The notes beneath the pieces are model-generated. The model ran no database searches. It was given only the letters and a program-made list of their open reading frames with translations, and was not told the DNA's origin. Source: Chloroflexota bacterium (GTDB lineage Bacteria > Chloroflexota > UBA11872 > VXOZ01). Taken from it: DNA of 64,000 bases. The position numbers were made by a program, and so were the translations under genes. The stretch is taken from assembly GCA_963663275.1 (NCBI GenBank), contig OY760183.1, positions 64,001 through 128,000 of the forward strand. The letters run 5' to 3'. This document shows, one piece after another, positions 9,375-19,670 of this stretch (position 1 is its first letter; every line of letters starts with the position of its first letter).

Positions 9375-10754
9375 ATGGCATCACTGTCCAGACGACATTT
9401 CCTCGGCACGGCTGCCCTGACCGGCGCGGGCGCGCTGCTTGCGGCCTGCGGCGCGCAGGCGGGCACCGGGGCCATGGAGGAAGCGCCCGCGGCTGAGGGC
9501 GATGGCGACGCCGGCGAGGCGATGATGGAGAAGTCGCCCGTCGTCTTCTGGTATACGGGCTTCGACCCGTGGAACTTCGATAGGGAAGAGATTCCCATGC
9601 AGATCCGCCAGGAGTTCGACGAAACCACCAACTACACAATCGTGCCGCTCATTCGCGGCAACGGCGGTTTCCGTGACATTCCCACCGTGGTAGCGGCAGG
9701 CGTCGCGCCGGACAACTCCAAGACCCAGTCGTACATCCAGCCCCAGTGGGGTCTGCTGGAACTCGTCCGTCCAATGGACGCCTACATCTCTGCCTCGGCC
9801 AATGTGCCGTTGGACGACCTCTGGCCGGGCAAGTACGAGGCCATGCAGTGGGCCGGCAAGACCTACGGCATCAGCTATAGCATCGATGCCCGCGTCATCT
9901 ATTTGAACGTGGACCATTCGCTGGAAGCCGGCCTCGACCCGGAAACTCCGCCGGCCTCCCGGGATGAGATGGACGAGGCGCTGCTCAAGGTGCACAAGAC
10001 TGAGGGCGACAACATCACCCGTCTCGGCTGGGACCCGTTCCGCGGCTCCGGCGGCATCCACACGTGGATGGTCGGCTACTGGCAGCAGGGCGGCGAGATG
10101 CTCAGCCCGGACCGGACGAAGATCCAGGTCAACAACGATCTCGCCATCAACACCGTGACCTGGCTCAAGAAAGTCCTGGACGGCCAGGGCGGTTACGATA
10201 AGGTCCGCGAGTTCCACGGCACCTTCGAGAACCGCTTGCAGGAGTACGGCAGCGGCGGCAACACCTACATGTATCTGACCAATGCTACTCGTGCCTCCCT
10301 CGGTCCTTACGCCGAGGGCCTCGAATACGACTTTGGGCCGTATCCGGCGCTGGATCCCAGCACCGCCCTGCAAGCCACCTACTCCGGCGACTGGGCGTTC
10401 TGCCTGCCCAACGGCAGCAGCAACCCCGACGGCGGTTTCGCCTGGGCCGACTTCATGTACGGCGCCGACGTCAACCTGCGATGGTCGATTGCCATGGACC
10501 GTATCCCAGTGCGTCAGAGCGTTGCCCAAAGCGAGGCCTACATTGGCGACGACAAGCTGCGCAAACTCGCCATCGACGAGATGGTTGGCGCCCGCTTCGT
10601 CGTGAGTGTGCCCGGCGCCGGTGACATTCTGCCGATCACGAGCAGGAGCCTCCAGGCCATCATGCGCAACGAGGTTACGGTTGCTGAAGGCATGCGCACG
10701 TTCGAGGAGCAGGCGCAGACGGCGATGGACGACTTCATTGCCGAGTTTGGCTAG
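9375..10754 (+). CDS. Extracellular solute-binding lipoprotein (family 1, Tat signal)
   Basis: SRRHFL signal + LAAC lipobox; AGGAGG RBS fits ATG 9375. Confidence 0.85.
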   Translation: MASLSRRHFLGTAALTGAGALLAACGAQAGTGAMEEAPAAEGDGDAGEAMMEKSPVVFWYTGFDPWNFDREEIPMQIRQEFDETTNYTIVPLIRGNGGFRDIPTVVAAGVAPDNSKTQSYIQPQWGLLELVRPMDAYISASANVPLDDLWPGKYEAMQWAGKTYGISYSIDARVIYLNVDHSLEAGLDPETPPASRDEMDEALLKVHKTEGDNITRLGWDPFRGSGGIHTWMVGYWQQGGEMLSPDRTKIQVNNDLAINTVTWLKKVLDGQGGYDKVREFHGTFENRLQEYGSGGNTYMYLTNATRASLGPYAEGLEYDFGPYPALDPSTALQATYSGDWAFCLPNGSSNPDGGFAWADFMYGADVNLRWSIAMDRIPVRQSVAQSEAYIGDDKLRKLAIDEMVGARFVVSVPGAGDILPITSRSLQAIMRNEVTVAEGMRTFEEQAQTAMDDFIAEFG

Positions 10755-10992
10755 ACACCGGCACTATGACGTGAGGAGTGCGCCCGCTAACCAGGCGGCA
10801 TAGGTGCTCACGGCAAGCGCGGAAGTCTGAAAAACACGAGCGCGGCGGCGGTTGCAAGAACCGCCGCCGCGCTCGCTGTCTTTGGGGATTGTGCCCTGGC
10901 CGCTGCGCTCGTTGTCTTTGGGAATTGTGCCCTGACCCCCGCGCGGCGGCGCGCCTACGGCGGCGGCGACGTGGTGGGCTATGGTTCCGGTC

Positions 10993-11289
10993 AAGCCCTT
11001 TGCATAACCCCTTCCTCATCGAGGGCTGACAGGGGTAGGCACGTGTCATTCCGAGCGGAGCGAGGAATCTAGAACCGACGTTTTTGCAGCGAAAGCCTTA
11101 GATTCCTCTCTCCGCTGCGCTCCGCTCGGAATGACACGTGAAGTCGGATGTACAATGCCTACCCCTGTCAGCCCATTGAGGGAGAAGGTTAGGATGGGGG
11201 TGCAATGGATTGACATCATCCTATGTTTCGTTGCAAACACCCTCTGGATTCCGGCTTTCGCCGGAATGACGGAGCTTTGCAGAGGTCTC
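10993..11289. mobile_element. MITE-like element (same as 3947-4085) carrying a nested GGGCTGACAGG-type element at 11023-11174
   Basis: Outer ends AAGCCCTTTGCATAAC ... GCTTTGCAGAGGTCTC; inner ends GGGCTGACAGGGG ... CCCCTGTCAGCCC flanked by ATCGA/ATTGA. Confidence 0.75.
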
Positions 11290-11907
11290 CGGAGAGGAGT
11301 CCGGCGGTGCGGGAACCGCGCGGCGGTTGAAGCGCGTCATGGTCTTTTCCAGCCCCTCGGCAACGAGGCTCAGCGCCGCTGCCACCGCCTCTTCGATCGT
11401 CTTCTCGATTGCCGGTTGCTCTGACGGCAGGAAGTCGCTGAGCACGTGGGCAATCGGGTCCATGCCCGCCGGCGGGCGCCCCACGCCGATGCGCAGGCGC
11501 GGGAACGCGCGCGTGCCCAGCGCGTCGATGACCGATTCCACGCCCCGGTGCCCACCGTGGCTGCCGCCGGCCCGCAGCCGCAGCCGCGCGAACTCCAGGT
11601 CGATGTCGTCGTAGACCACCACGACCTGCGCCGGCGCGATCTTGTAGAAACGGGCCGCCTGGGCCGCGGCCGCGCCGCTGTCGTTCATGAAAGTGGTCGG
11701 CTTGAGCAGCAGCATCGTCCGCCGCCCCACCGCCGCCCGGCCGAACCAACCCTGAAAGCGCCGGTCGTTGATGGACACGCCGGTCTTGGCCGCGATGCGG
11801 TCGAGCACGTGAAACCCGACGTTGTGACGGTTGGCGGCGTACTTCTTCTCCGGGTTGCCCAACCCGACGATGAGCCAACGGGTGGGATCCTCCGGTGTTC
11901 GTGTCAT
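11221..11907 (-). CDS. pth: Peptidyl-tRNA hydrolase
   Basis: LIVGLGNP, NRHNVGF, KPTTFMN.SG, GGSHGGH, RLRIGVGRP. Confidence 0.95.
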   Translation of the reverse strand: MTRTPEDPTRWLIVGLGNPEKKYAANRHNVGFHVLDRIAAKTGVSINDRRFQGWFGRAAVGRRTMLLLKPTTFMNDSGAAAAQAARFYKIAPAQVVVVYDDIDLEFARLRLRAGGSHGGHRGVESVIDALGTRAFPRLRIGVGRPPAGMDPIAHVLSDFLPSEQPAIEKTIEEAVAAALSLVAEGLEKTMTRFNRRAVPAPPDSSPETSAKLRHSGESRNPEGVCNET

Positions 11908-11982
11908 GTGAGCGCCTGGACTATTGGTTTCAACTGCCTTACTCTTGCGGAGACCCCCTCACCCTAACCCTCTCCCTGGGAG

Positions 11983-13248
11983 TGTACAGTCCGGGGACAT
12001 GGGTAACAGTTATTCAGGGAGATAGGTTACACATTTTGTTCACTGAGGTCTACCGTTCTTATCGGATTGACAGCGAAGTATACGTTCCAGACGCCGTCGG
12101 TTTGCGTGGGTCGCAGGGCGACGCGGGTGTGGGCGAAAGCTCGCCCCACGCGGAGGGTCTTGCCCTGGAACGAGATGCGGCCGCTGACGTCGACGGCGCG
12201 CACCTGGTCGTCGGGAGCGTAGGTGATGGGGGGCAGCGTTTCGGGAAAGGGCTGTGGACTGGGCGTGTACCGGCTGACGGGCGTGTTGAGCGTGAGGGCG
12301 TGGTGCGGGCGTTCCCGGTTGTAGAAGTGCCGCCAAGCGTCGAAGGCGCGCTGGCAGTGCTCCAGGTTGGTGAAGGTGCGACCGGCCAGGACTTCGCTTT
12401 TCAGGGAGCGGTGGAAGCGTTCCAGCTTGCCGAGGGTCTGGGGATGGTAGGGACGGCTGTGAAGCACCTTGATGCCCAGGCGCATGAGCCAGACGGTGAG
12501 CGGCGTGAAGGGATGGGCGCTGTCGTTGCCCCAGGGGGCGCCGTTGTCCATGAGCATGGCCGCAGGCAGGCCGTAGCGCCGAAAGACGCGGGTGAGGCGC
12601 TCCTGGACGGTCTGACCCCGCTCGTCGGCGCAGGCCTCCACAGCCAGGTTGTAGCGGGAATGGTCGTCGAGCACGGTGAGCGGATGGCAGCGGTCGCGAG
12701 ACATGGCGAAATGCCCCTTGAAGTCCATCTGCCAGAGTTCGTTGGGCAGCGGGCGCTCAAAGCGAATGAAGGGCATGCGCTTGGCGCTCTCGGCCGGGTC
12801 GATCAACCCGTGGCGCTTGAGAATGGCGTTGATGGTGCTCCTGGCGGGCACGTCGGCGTAGCCGCGGTTCCGCAGCATCCGGCCCAGCGCGTCCGCGCCC
12901 TTCCCCGGATGTGCCAGGCGCAAGGCGATGATGTGCCGCTCCATCTCTGGACGCGTGCGCTGTGGGCTGGTGTGCGGACGCCGCGACCGGTCCCCCAGGT
13001 TCTCCATCCCGCCCTGCCTGTAGCGCGTGCGCCACTTGTAGCCGGTCTTGCGGCTGATGCCCATACGCTTGCACAGTGCGCTCATGCTCACCTCACCCGT
13101 CAGCATCACGGCTATAAACTCTTCCCGCTCAGACATAGGTGTACTCACTTTCCACGACATGGTCGTCCTCCTCTAGTGACGAATTCCCATGCCTTATGGT
13201 GTAACCTATGTCCCTGAAAATGTGTTACCTATGTCCCCGGGCTCTACA
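11983..13248 (-). mobile_element. IS481-family insertion sequence (1266 bp)
   Basis: TGT...ACA ends with ~49-bp imperfect TIRs containing repeated GGGACAT(A/G)GGT(A/T)ACA boxes; encloses the transposase. Confidence 0.9.
12027..13160 (-). CDS. IS481 family transposase
   Basis: ISRKTGYKW HTH, DRSRRP, DDE core WQMDFKG / MDNG / GKLERFHRSLK. Confidence 0.95.
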   Translation of the reverse strand: MSWKVSTPMSEREEFIAVMLTGEVSMSALCKRMGISRKTGYKWRTRYRQGGMENLGDRSRRPHTSPQRTRPEMERHIIALRLAHPGKGADALGRMLRNRGYADVPARSTINAILKRHGLIDPAESAKRMPFIRFERPLPNELWQMDFKGHFAMSRDRCHPLTVLDDHSRYNLAVEACADERGQTVQERLTRVFRRYGLPAAMLMDNGAPWGNDSAHPFTPLTVWLMRLGIKVLHSRPYHPQTLGKLERFHRSLKSEVLAGRTFTNLEHCQRAFDAWRHFYNRERPHHALTLNTPVSRYTPSPQPFPETLPPITYAPDDQVRAVDVSGRISFQGKTLRVGRAFAHTRVALRPTQTDGVWNVYFAVNPIRTVDLSEQNV

Positions 13249-13656
13249 TCCCAAAGGAGAGGGAACCGGAGGCCGCGTCGCGGGGGCTCGTCCCCCGCCT
13301 CTTCGGTTGACAGATAGCGCGGGGACTCATCCCCATTGATCTCGCACTAACCGTAGCGCGGGGGCTTGTCCTCCGCCTTCTTCTGACAGGGGTTTGCATC
13401 CTAGATCCGACTTCACGTGTCATTCCGAGCGGAGCGCAGCGGAGAGAGGAATCTAATGCATTGCCTTACAAATATCACCACTAGATTCCTCGCTCCGCTC
13501 GGAATGACACGTCCATACCCCTGCCTGTCCGCCCCCTGACTGAGACGCAGCGCGGGGACTTGTCCCCCGCCTCGCTGAGGCAACCGGTATTCGTAGCGCG
13601 GGGGCTTGTCCCCCGCCTCTTGTCAACCTTTGACGATACCATCGCGGGCACGGCGC

Positions 13657-14550
13657 CTAGCTTCCAATCAACAGGCCGTCGGCGCGCACAGCCTGGTAGA
13701 GCGCAAACCATTCGTCCAGCGACAATTCCTGCGGACGCCGCTGCGGCGCGATGCCCGCTTCCCGCAGGAGCCAGCGCATGTGCTCGTCGTCGACGCGCAG
13801 CAGCGCGCGCACCGAGTTGTGCACCTGCTTGCGGCGCTGGGAGAAGCCCGCGCGGGCCAAGCGCAGCACGTCGTCTACCGCCTCCGCCGGATAGTACGGC
13901 TGGGGGCGCTTGACCGCCTCCACCACCGCCGAATCCACCTGCGGCGGCGGAAAGTACGCCTGGGCGGGCACGTCGAACAGGCGCTTCGTTTCCATATACG
14001 TTTGCATGAACAGGGAAAGGTAACTCATCGCGCCCGGCGCGGCGCAGACGCGCTCGGCCACCTCGCGTTGCAGCATCACCACCATGCGCCGCGGGCCGGC
14101 GGGATGCGCCGCGAGACGCCGGATGACCGGTGTGGCGACGCTGTACGGCAGGTTCGCCGCCAACGTGTACGGCTCCGCGCCAAAGTGCGGCTCCGGCTCG
14201 AACGCCACGGCATCCTGGTGAACCGTCTCGACATTCGTGTGAAAAGCGAGCGTAGATTCCAGCAGCGCCACCATGCGGGCGTCGATCTCCACCGTCACCA
14301 CGCGCCGCGCCGCCGCCGCCAGACAAACGGTCAGACTGCCCAGGCCGGGTCCGATCTCCAGGATTTGGTCGTGGTCGCCGCGCCGCACGTGGCGCATGAG
14401 CGCCCGCAGCACACCGGGATCCGCCAGCAGATGCTGGCCCAGCTTGCGGCTCAAACGCAAATCCACCTGGCGCAACAGCGCGCGCATCGCGCCCGGACGG
14501 CACAGATCCCGCGCTTGCGCGGGAATGTCATGGACTTTGGAGTCGATCAT
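13657..14550 (-). CDS. rsmA: 16S rRNA adenine dimethyltransferase
   Basis: KLGQHLL, EIGPGLGSLT, ANLPY, MLQREVAER, P.P.VDS. Confidence 0.95.
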   Translation of the reverse strand: MIDSKVHDIPAQARDLCRPGAMRALLRQVDLRLSRKLGQHLLADPGVLRALMRHVRRGDHDQILEIGPGLGSLTVCLAAAARRVVTVEIDARMVALLESTLAFHTNVETVHQDAVAFEPEPHFGAEPYTLAANLPYSVATPVIRRLAAHPAGPRRMVVMLQREVAERVCAAPGAMSYLSLFMQTYMETKRLFDVPAQAYFPPPQVDSAVVEAVKRPQPYYPAEAVDDVLRLARAGFSQRRKQVHNSVRALLRVDDEHMRWLLREAGIAPQRRPQELSLDEWFALYQAVRADGLLIGS

Positions 14551-14725
14551 CTATCTATTCAAAGTGGTATTTCGGGTCCGGTAGCGCAGGTTTGTAACCT
14601 GCGTCAGCGCCGGCGTCGGCCCGGTTCCGGCCCAGCGCGCGGCGCCGCTAGTGCGGCGCGTCCCTAATTCATATAATACCGTAGAGAGCACAACGACATT
14701 CCCTCACACATCAAGGAGCGAAACC

Positions 14726-15448
14726 ATGCGGGTGCAGGCAATCGGCGCGCATCCTGACGACATCGAACTGCTTTGTGCGGGCACGTTGGCAAAGTACGCC
14801 CAGCAGGGGCACCACGTCACCATGTGCTACGTGTGCAACGGCGGTCTGGGCCACGTGGAGATCATGCCGCCGGAACTGAAAGAGGTGCGCAAGCAGGAGT
14901 CCAAGAACAGCGCGGACGTGATCGGCGCGGACTTCCAATGGCTCGACATCGACGACGCCGACGTGCGCCAGAGCACGAACGAGGCGCTGGCGCGCTTGGT
15001 CGACGCCGTGCGCGCGGCCCAGCCGGACGTGATCATCACCCACGCGCCCAACGACTACATGGACGACCACCGCCTGGTGGGCGAACTGGTGCTGAAAGCC
15101 AGTTTCGACGCCACCATTCCCCATCTGGTCTCCAAGCAGGAAAATCCGGCGCAACTCGTGCCCATCTTCCACATGGACACCCTGATGGGCGTGGACTTCC
15201 TGCCGGAAATGTGGGTGGACATCAGCGAGACCATCGAAACCAAGCGGCAAATGCTGGCCTGCCACGAGAGCCAGTACGCCTGGCTGATGGAACACGACAA
15301 CATCGACTACATCGATTCCATGGTCACCGTGGCCAAGTACCGCGGCCTCCAAGTGGGCACGCCCTACGCGGAAGGCTTCCGCCAGGTGCGCGTCTGGGGC
15401 CGCACAACCACCGTGCCGCTGCTGCCGACCGACATCGCGCGGGGATAG
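14726..15448 (+). CDS. PIG-L family deacetylase
   Basis: AHPDDIE, ITH..DY..DH, CHESQ motifs. Confidence 0.9.
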   Translation: MRVQAIGAHPDDIELLCAGTLAKYAQQGHHVTMCYVCNGGLGHVEIMPPELKEVRKQESKNSADVIGADFQWLDIDDADVRQSTNEALARLVDAVRAAQPDVIITHAPNDYMDDHRLVGELVLKASFDATIPHLVSKQENPAQLVPIFHMDTLMGVDFLPEMWVDISETIETKRQMLACHESQYAWLMEHDNIDYIDSMVTVAKYRGLQVGTPYAEGFRQVRVWGRTTTVPLLPTDIARG

Positions 15449-15489
15449 TAATCATGCGCATGTCAGGCCGTCCAGGCGGAGAGTAGAAT

Positions 15490-16644
15490 CTAGCCAGTAG
15501 TTGCGGGTGCGTCAAGTATATCGACCAAATCGCGAACGACATACAGTCTCGGCCAAGTTTCTGGATGGAATTCAACTATCTCGATTCTGGCGAATCTGTC
15601 GAGTATCCGTCTAGCGCCGGCAGGAGAAATGTCCAACAATTCCGCCGCAGTCGGAGCGGTCATGAATGGCATCTCGAAGAGCGTGTCGAGCAACTTGAGG
15701 GCGCTTGCTGACTCCCGTTTGCTTTGTAGGAACTTTTTCATGCTGTCGTGAAGATCCCTCAGTTGCCTTGCACGGTGAAGGGCATCCCGAGCCTGCTCAA
15801 CGACTCCATCCAGAAAGTACCCGGTCCAAGTTTGCCAGTCTCCGGTTACGCTTACTCTGAACAATTGGCCATAGTAGGCGCCTCTATCGCGCTCGAAAAA
15901 GGCGCTGAGGTAGAGCAGTGGTTGCTTCAACACCTTCTTTTCGCAGAGAAAGAGGATGATGAGCAGGCGCCCCAGCCGCCCGTTGCCGTCTACGTAGGGG
16001 TGTATAGCCTCAAATTGGTAGTGCATCAGCGCGCATTGCACCAATGGCGGCAAGACCGATTCGAGGTTAACGAACTCTTCCCAATCTTGCAGCAAGTCAC
16101 GGACATATCTGGCTGGCGGCGGAACGTACGTAGCCTCTGCAAGCGGGCTGCCGTGCGAACCTATCCACACCTGCTGCTGTCGCAGTCTTCCTGTGTACGC
16201 GCCGGCTCCTCTCACTCCTTCAAGCAGCACTTCATGCATCTCGTTTGTTAGACGTACACAGAGCGGCAACTCCTCAAGTCGCCCAAGACCATGCTCTAGC
16301 GCCTTCACGTAATTGGCCACTTCAGCCACGTCTCCTTTGGGACGACGGGCTGTGGACGCTTCATAGAGGAATAGGTCTGAGAGTGACGCCTGCGTGCCCT
16401 CGATTCTGGACGAAAGCACGGCTTCCCGGCGCACAAAGGGCCTGATCAGCAGGTAAGGGTTAGGAATTGTCTCGCCAACACCGGAAAGTGTAGCTACTGC
16501 CCGCGACGCCTCGTCCAGTCGATAGATCAACTGGGGGTTGAGTTCGATTTGACGAGGAAGTTCGTCCGGCACAAAAGCTTGGTTGCCATCCGAGACCGGT
16601 ACCAAGCTACCGCACGGACTATTGATTAGTTGGTCGAGGGGCAT
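15490..16644 (-). CDS. Fic family protein (Fic_N + Fic + HTH)
   Basis: EAVLSSRIEG; catalytic HPYVDGNGRLGR; lower GC than neighbours. Confidence 0.9.
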   Translation of the reverse strand: MPLDQLINSPCGSLVPVSDGNQAFVPDELPRQIELNPQLIYRLDEASRAVATLSGVGETIPNPYLLIRPFVRREAVLSSRIEGTQASLSDLFLYEASTARRPKGDVAEVANYVKALEHGLGRLEELPLCVRLTNEMHEVLLEGVRGAGAYTGRLRQQQVWIGSHGSPLAEATYVPPPARYVRDLLQDWEEFVNLESVLPPLVQCALMHYQFEAIHPYVDGNGRLGRLLIILFLCEKKVLKQPLLYLSAFFERDRGAYYGQLFRVSVTGDWQTWTGYFLDGVVEQARDALHRARQLRDLHDSMKKFLQSKRESASALKLLDTLFEMPFMTAPTAAELLDISPAGARRILDRFARIEIVEFHPETWPRLYVVRDLVDILDAPATTG

Positions 16645-16801
16645 TGCGTACTCCAGTTGCAAATTCTGAGCCAATCGATACTAATCGACTGAATAGTATC
16701 GATTGTATCACAAATTGCAACCAGAGTATCGAATTGCGTTATTGCCGACAGGTGATGATATGGCTGCGTCCAAGCCAATCTAGGCCTAGCAGTTAGGAAT
16801 T

Positions 16802-16875
16802 TGGCTGGGGAACCAGGATTCGAACCTGGACTTATGGATCCAGAGTCCACTGTCCTACCATTAGACGATTCCCCA
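16802..16875 (-). tRNA. tRNA-Gln(CTG)
   Basis: Reverse strand TGGGGAATCGTCTAATGGTAGGACAGTGGACTCTGGATCCATAAGTCCAGGTTCGAATCCTGGTTCCCCAGCCA; anticodon CTG; encoded CCA. Confidence 0.95.
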
Positions 16876-17071
16876 AAGCGGCCGCCGCGTGTGCGGCCAC
16901 TTTCATGGTACTAAGCCGCTCCGACTTTCGTCAACAGGTTGCCGCGGGCATTGGGAACGAGGCGCGCCTCGGTTACAATGTGAGACGGGGAGGCCGCAAA
17001 GCAGGCGTGCGCCGGAGCGGGCGGTCTGAGCCAGGCGGCAAGCAGGACTGAATTAGGAAAGGAAAAAACAC

Positions 17072-17821
17072 GTGCGACGGTTCGAGGAGCAGGTAGCGAT
17101 CGTCACCGGCGCGGGCAGCGGCATTGGCTTGGGCATCGCCAAGCGGCTCGGCAGCGAGGGCGCGCGAGTGCTCATTACCGACATCGACGGCCCCACAGCG
17201 GACGAGGCCGCGGCCGCGCTCACGGCGCAAGGCATCACCGCGCTGGCCGTGTGCGGCGATACGGCAGACGAGTCGACGGCTGAAACTGCCGTGGCGCGGG
17301 CCATGGCCGCCTGGGGGCGCATCGACGTGCTCGTGAACAACACCGGCATTATCGGCCGCACCGCGCCGCTGTGGGAGTTGCCGGTCAGCGAACTGGATCG
17401 GGTCTACGCGGTCAATCTACGCGGCACGTACCTCTTCTGCCAGCAGGCAATCCCCCACATGCTCGCCCGCGATTACGGCCGCATCGTGAACATGGCCTCG
17501 ATCGCGGGCAAAGAGGGCAACCCCAACATGGTTCCCTACTCCGCCACCAAAGCCGCCGTCATCGGCCTCACCAAGTCGCTGGGCAAGGAACTGGCGGAAA
17601 CCGGCGTCCGCGTGAACTGCCTCACGCCGGCCGTGGTGCGCACCCCCATCTGGGAGCAGACCACACAGGCGCAGATGGACATGCTGCTGGCGCGCATTCC
17701 CATGAAACGCAGCGGCGAAATCAGCGAGGTGGCGGCAATGGTAGCGTGGCTGGCGTCGGCGGAATGCTCCTTCAGCACCGGCGCGGTCTTCGACCTCAGC
17801 GGCGGCCGGGCAACGTACTAG
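17072..17821 (+). CDS. SDR family oxidoreductase
   Basis: TGAGSGIG, NNTG, YSATK. Confidence 0.9.
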   Translation: MRRFEEQVAIVTGAGSGIGLGIAKRLGSEGARVLITDIDGPTADEAAAALTAQGITALAVCGDTADESTAETAVARAMAAWGRIDVLVNNTGIIGRTAPLWELPVSELDRVYAVNLRGTYLFCQQAIPHMLARDYGRIVNMASIAGKEGNPNMVPYSATKAAVIGLTKSLGKELAETGVRVNCLTPAVVRTPIWEQTTQAQMDMLLARIPMKRSGEISEVAAMVAWLASAECSFSTGAVFDLSGGRATY

Positions 17822-18142
17822 GCGGCATCGTCTCGACACGTCATTCCTGTAAGTGCCAGACAATTCGTCTGCAGATTTGGTACAAGGGAACTCGGGGACT
17901 TAGCGGATAACTCGTCTACATGTCATTCCGAACGAAGCGCAGCGTAGTGAGGAATCCAGAGTGCTGAGCCTGTCAAACTCCGTGCAGCGTAGACTCTAGA
18001 TTCCTCGCTGCGCTCGGAATGACATGAGCGGCCAACACCGCCTCGTGGGAAGGCGATTCTGTCAACGAATTACTCAACACTGACGTTACCGAGCATAGAT
18101 AGCGCAGGGATGAGTTCCGGCACACTCAAGCAGGCTGAAGTC

Positions 18143-18433
18143 ATGAACGCAAATTCACCTGAGACAATTAGTAATCGAGTGCAAGCCTATCTTGACGGGG
18201 CGCTCTCTTTGCAGGCGCTGTCTGCGTGGCTTCTTTCGCAGACAGCGTACTATGCCGACGAGTCGCGCCCGGAAACAGGCCATTCTCACGATGCCAACCT
18301 GTGGGCGCGAGCGTGCAACCTGGTTTTCCTCTGGGGCGACAACGCGCTTTCGGAAGAAGAAGTGCGCGCCGCCCTCCGGGGTTGGCTTGCGGAACATCCA
18401 GGCACACTTGCCCACACGTCGGTTCCCCGCTAA
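18143..18433 (+). CDS. Hypothetical protein
   Basis: Protein-like composition, fills the gap between a repeat and a convergent gene; start may be 18110. Confidence 0.5.
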   Translation: MNANSPETISNRVQAYLDGALSLQALSAWLLSQTAYYADESRPETGHSHDANLWARACNLVFLWGDNALSEEEVRAALRGWLAEHPGTLAHTSVPR

Positions 18434-18492
18434 GGCGGTGCGCTCCCTCAGCGCGCGTACGCGCCGGTGTGGTTGAGCCTCTGCGTTACCGC

Positions 18493-19635
18493 CTAGATGA
18501 ACGCCGCCGAGCCGTCCGGACCTACGTCGAACGGCCTATGCCAGGAGCGAATCGGCTGGCCGCGCACGTAGTCCTCGTTCAGTTCAATTCCCCAGCCGGG
18601 CTTTTCGGGTATCTCCAGATACCCGTCCACCAGCTTGACCGGCTCGTGCAGGATGTCCGTGCGCGGCGGCGCGTCGTCGGCGTGGTACTCCAGGATGATG
18701 AAGCTGTGGGTAGCCGCCGCAAAGTGGACGTTCACAGCGGTCGCTACCGGCCCCAGCGGGTTGTGCGGCGCGACTTTCACGTAGTGCGCCTCGGCCAGCG
18801 CCGCGATCTTGCGCATCTCGGTCAGGCCGCCGCAGACGCAGATGTCCGGCTGGATGATGGTCGCCGCCTGCTTTTCCAGCAGTTCGCGAAAGCCGAACGA
18901 GGTATAGAGCATCTCGCCGGTGGCGACCGGCACCGGCGACTTCCGCGCGAACCAGGCGAGGGCGTCGATGTTCTCCGGCCGCAGCGGTTCCTCGAAGAAG
19001 AACGGCTGGGAGGGCGCCACCGCCGCCGCCATCTCCAAAGCCCGCGCCGGCTCGAAAATCTTCGCGTGGGGATCCAGCCCGATGTCCACGTCCGGGCCGA
19101 CGGCTTCCCGCACTGCGGCGATGCGCTCGCCGGCCGCCGCCACCACGGCGTTCCACGACATCTGGCTGGCGTTCGGCGGATGCGGCGCCATCTTGAGCGC
19201 GGTATAGCCGTACTTTGCCACCAGCGCCTTGGCACTCTCCGCGCAGTCCTCCGGAGTCGCGCCGCCGCAACCCTGGTAGACGCGAATGCGGTCGCGGCAC
19301 TTGCCGCCCAACATGCGGTAGACCGGCTGCCCGGCCGCTTTGCCGCTGATGTCCCACAGGGCGTGGTCGATGCCGCTGATGGCCGCGTTGATCACCGACC
19401 CGCCGGGAAAGCGCGAGTGGACGTACATGTGGTACCAGATGCCGTTGACGTCGCGCGGGTCCTTGCCCACAATCCAGTCGCCGAAATCATCGACGGCGGC
19501 CGCCACCGCCCGGTTCGGCCCCACCGGATAGGCTTCGCCAATGCCGCTGATGCCTTCTGACGTGTTGATCTTCACGATGAGCACGTCGCGCGATACGATC
19601 GGCGCGGCAAAGGTCTCGACTGAGGTGATCTTCAT
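18493..19635 (-). CDS. Mandelate racemase/muconate lactonising enzyme family (galactonate dehydratase-like)
   Basis: AISGIDHALWDI.GK, EEP, TGE, QPDI, APHNP. Confidence 0.9.
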   Translation of the reverse strand: MKITSVETFAAPIVSRDVLIVKINTSEGISGIGEAYPVGPNRAVAAAVDDFGDWIVGKDPRDVNGIWYHMYVHSRFPGGSVINAAISGIDHALWDISGKAAGQPVYRMLGGKCRDRIRVYQGCGGATPEDCAESAKALVAKYGYTALKMAPHPPNASQMSWNAVVAAAGERIAAVREAVGPDVDIGLDPHAKIFEPARALEMAAAVAPSQPFFFEEPLRPENIDALAWFARKSPVPVATGEMLYTSFGFRELLEKQAATIIQPDICVCGGLTEMRKIAALAEAHYVKVAPHNPLGPVATAVNVHFAAATHSFIILEYHADDAPPRTDILHEPVKLVDGYLEIPEKPGWGIELNEDYVRGQPIRSWHRPFDVGPDGSAAFI

Positions 19636-19670
19636 TGGTGGGTTACTCCTGAAGAAGGGCAAGAGCACGG

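Noticed and set aside
16626-16850. 74-aa ORF MDSGSISPGSNPG
   Set aside because: Overlaps tRNA-Gln; spurious.
17899-18080. Possible fourth MITE type around a family A pair
   Set aside because: Putative TIRs are too degenerate and no TSD could be assigned.
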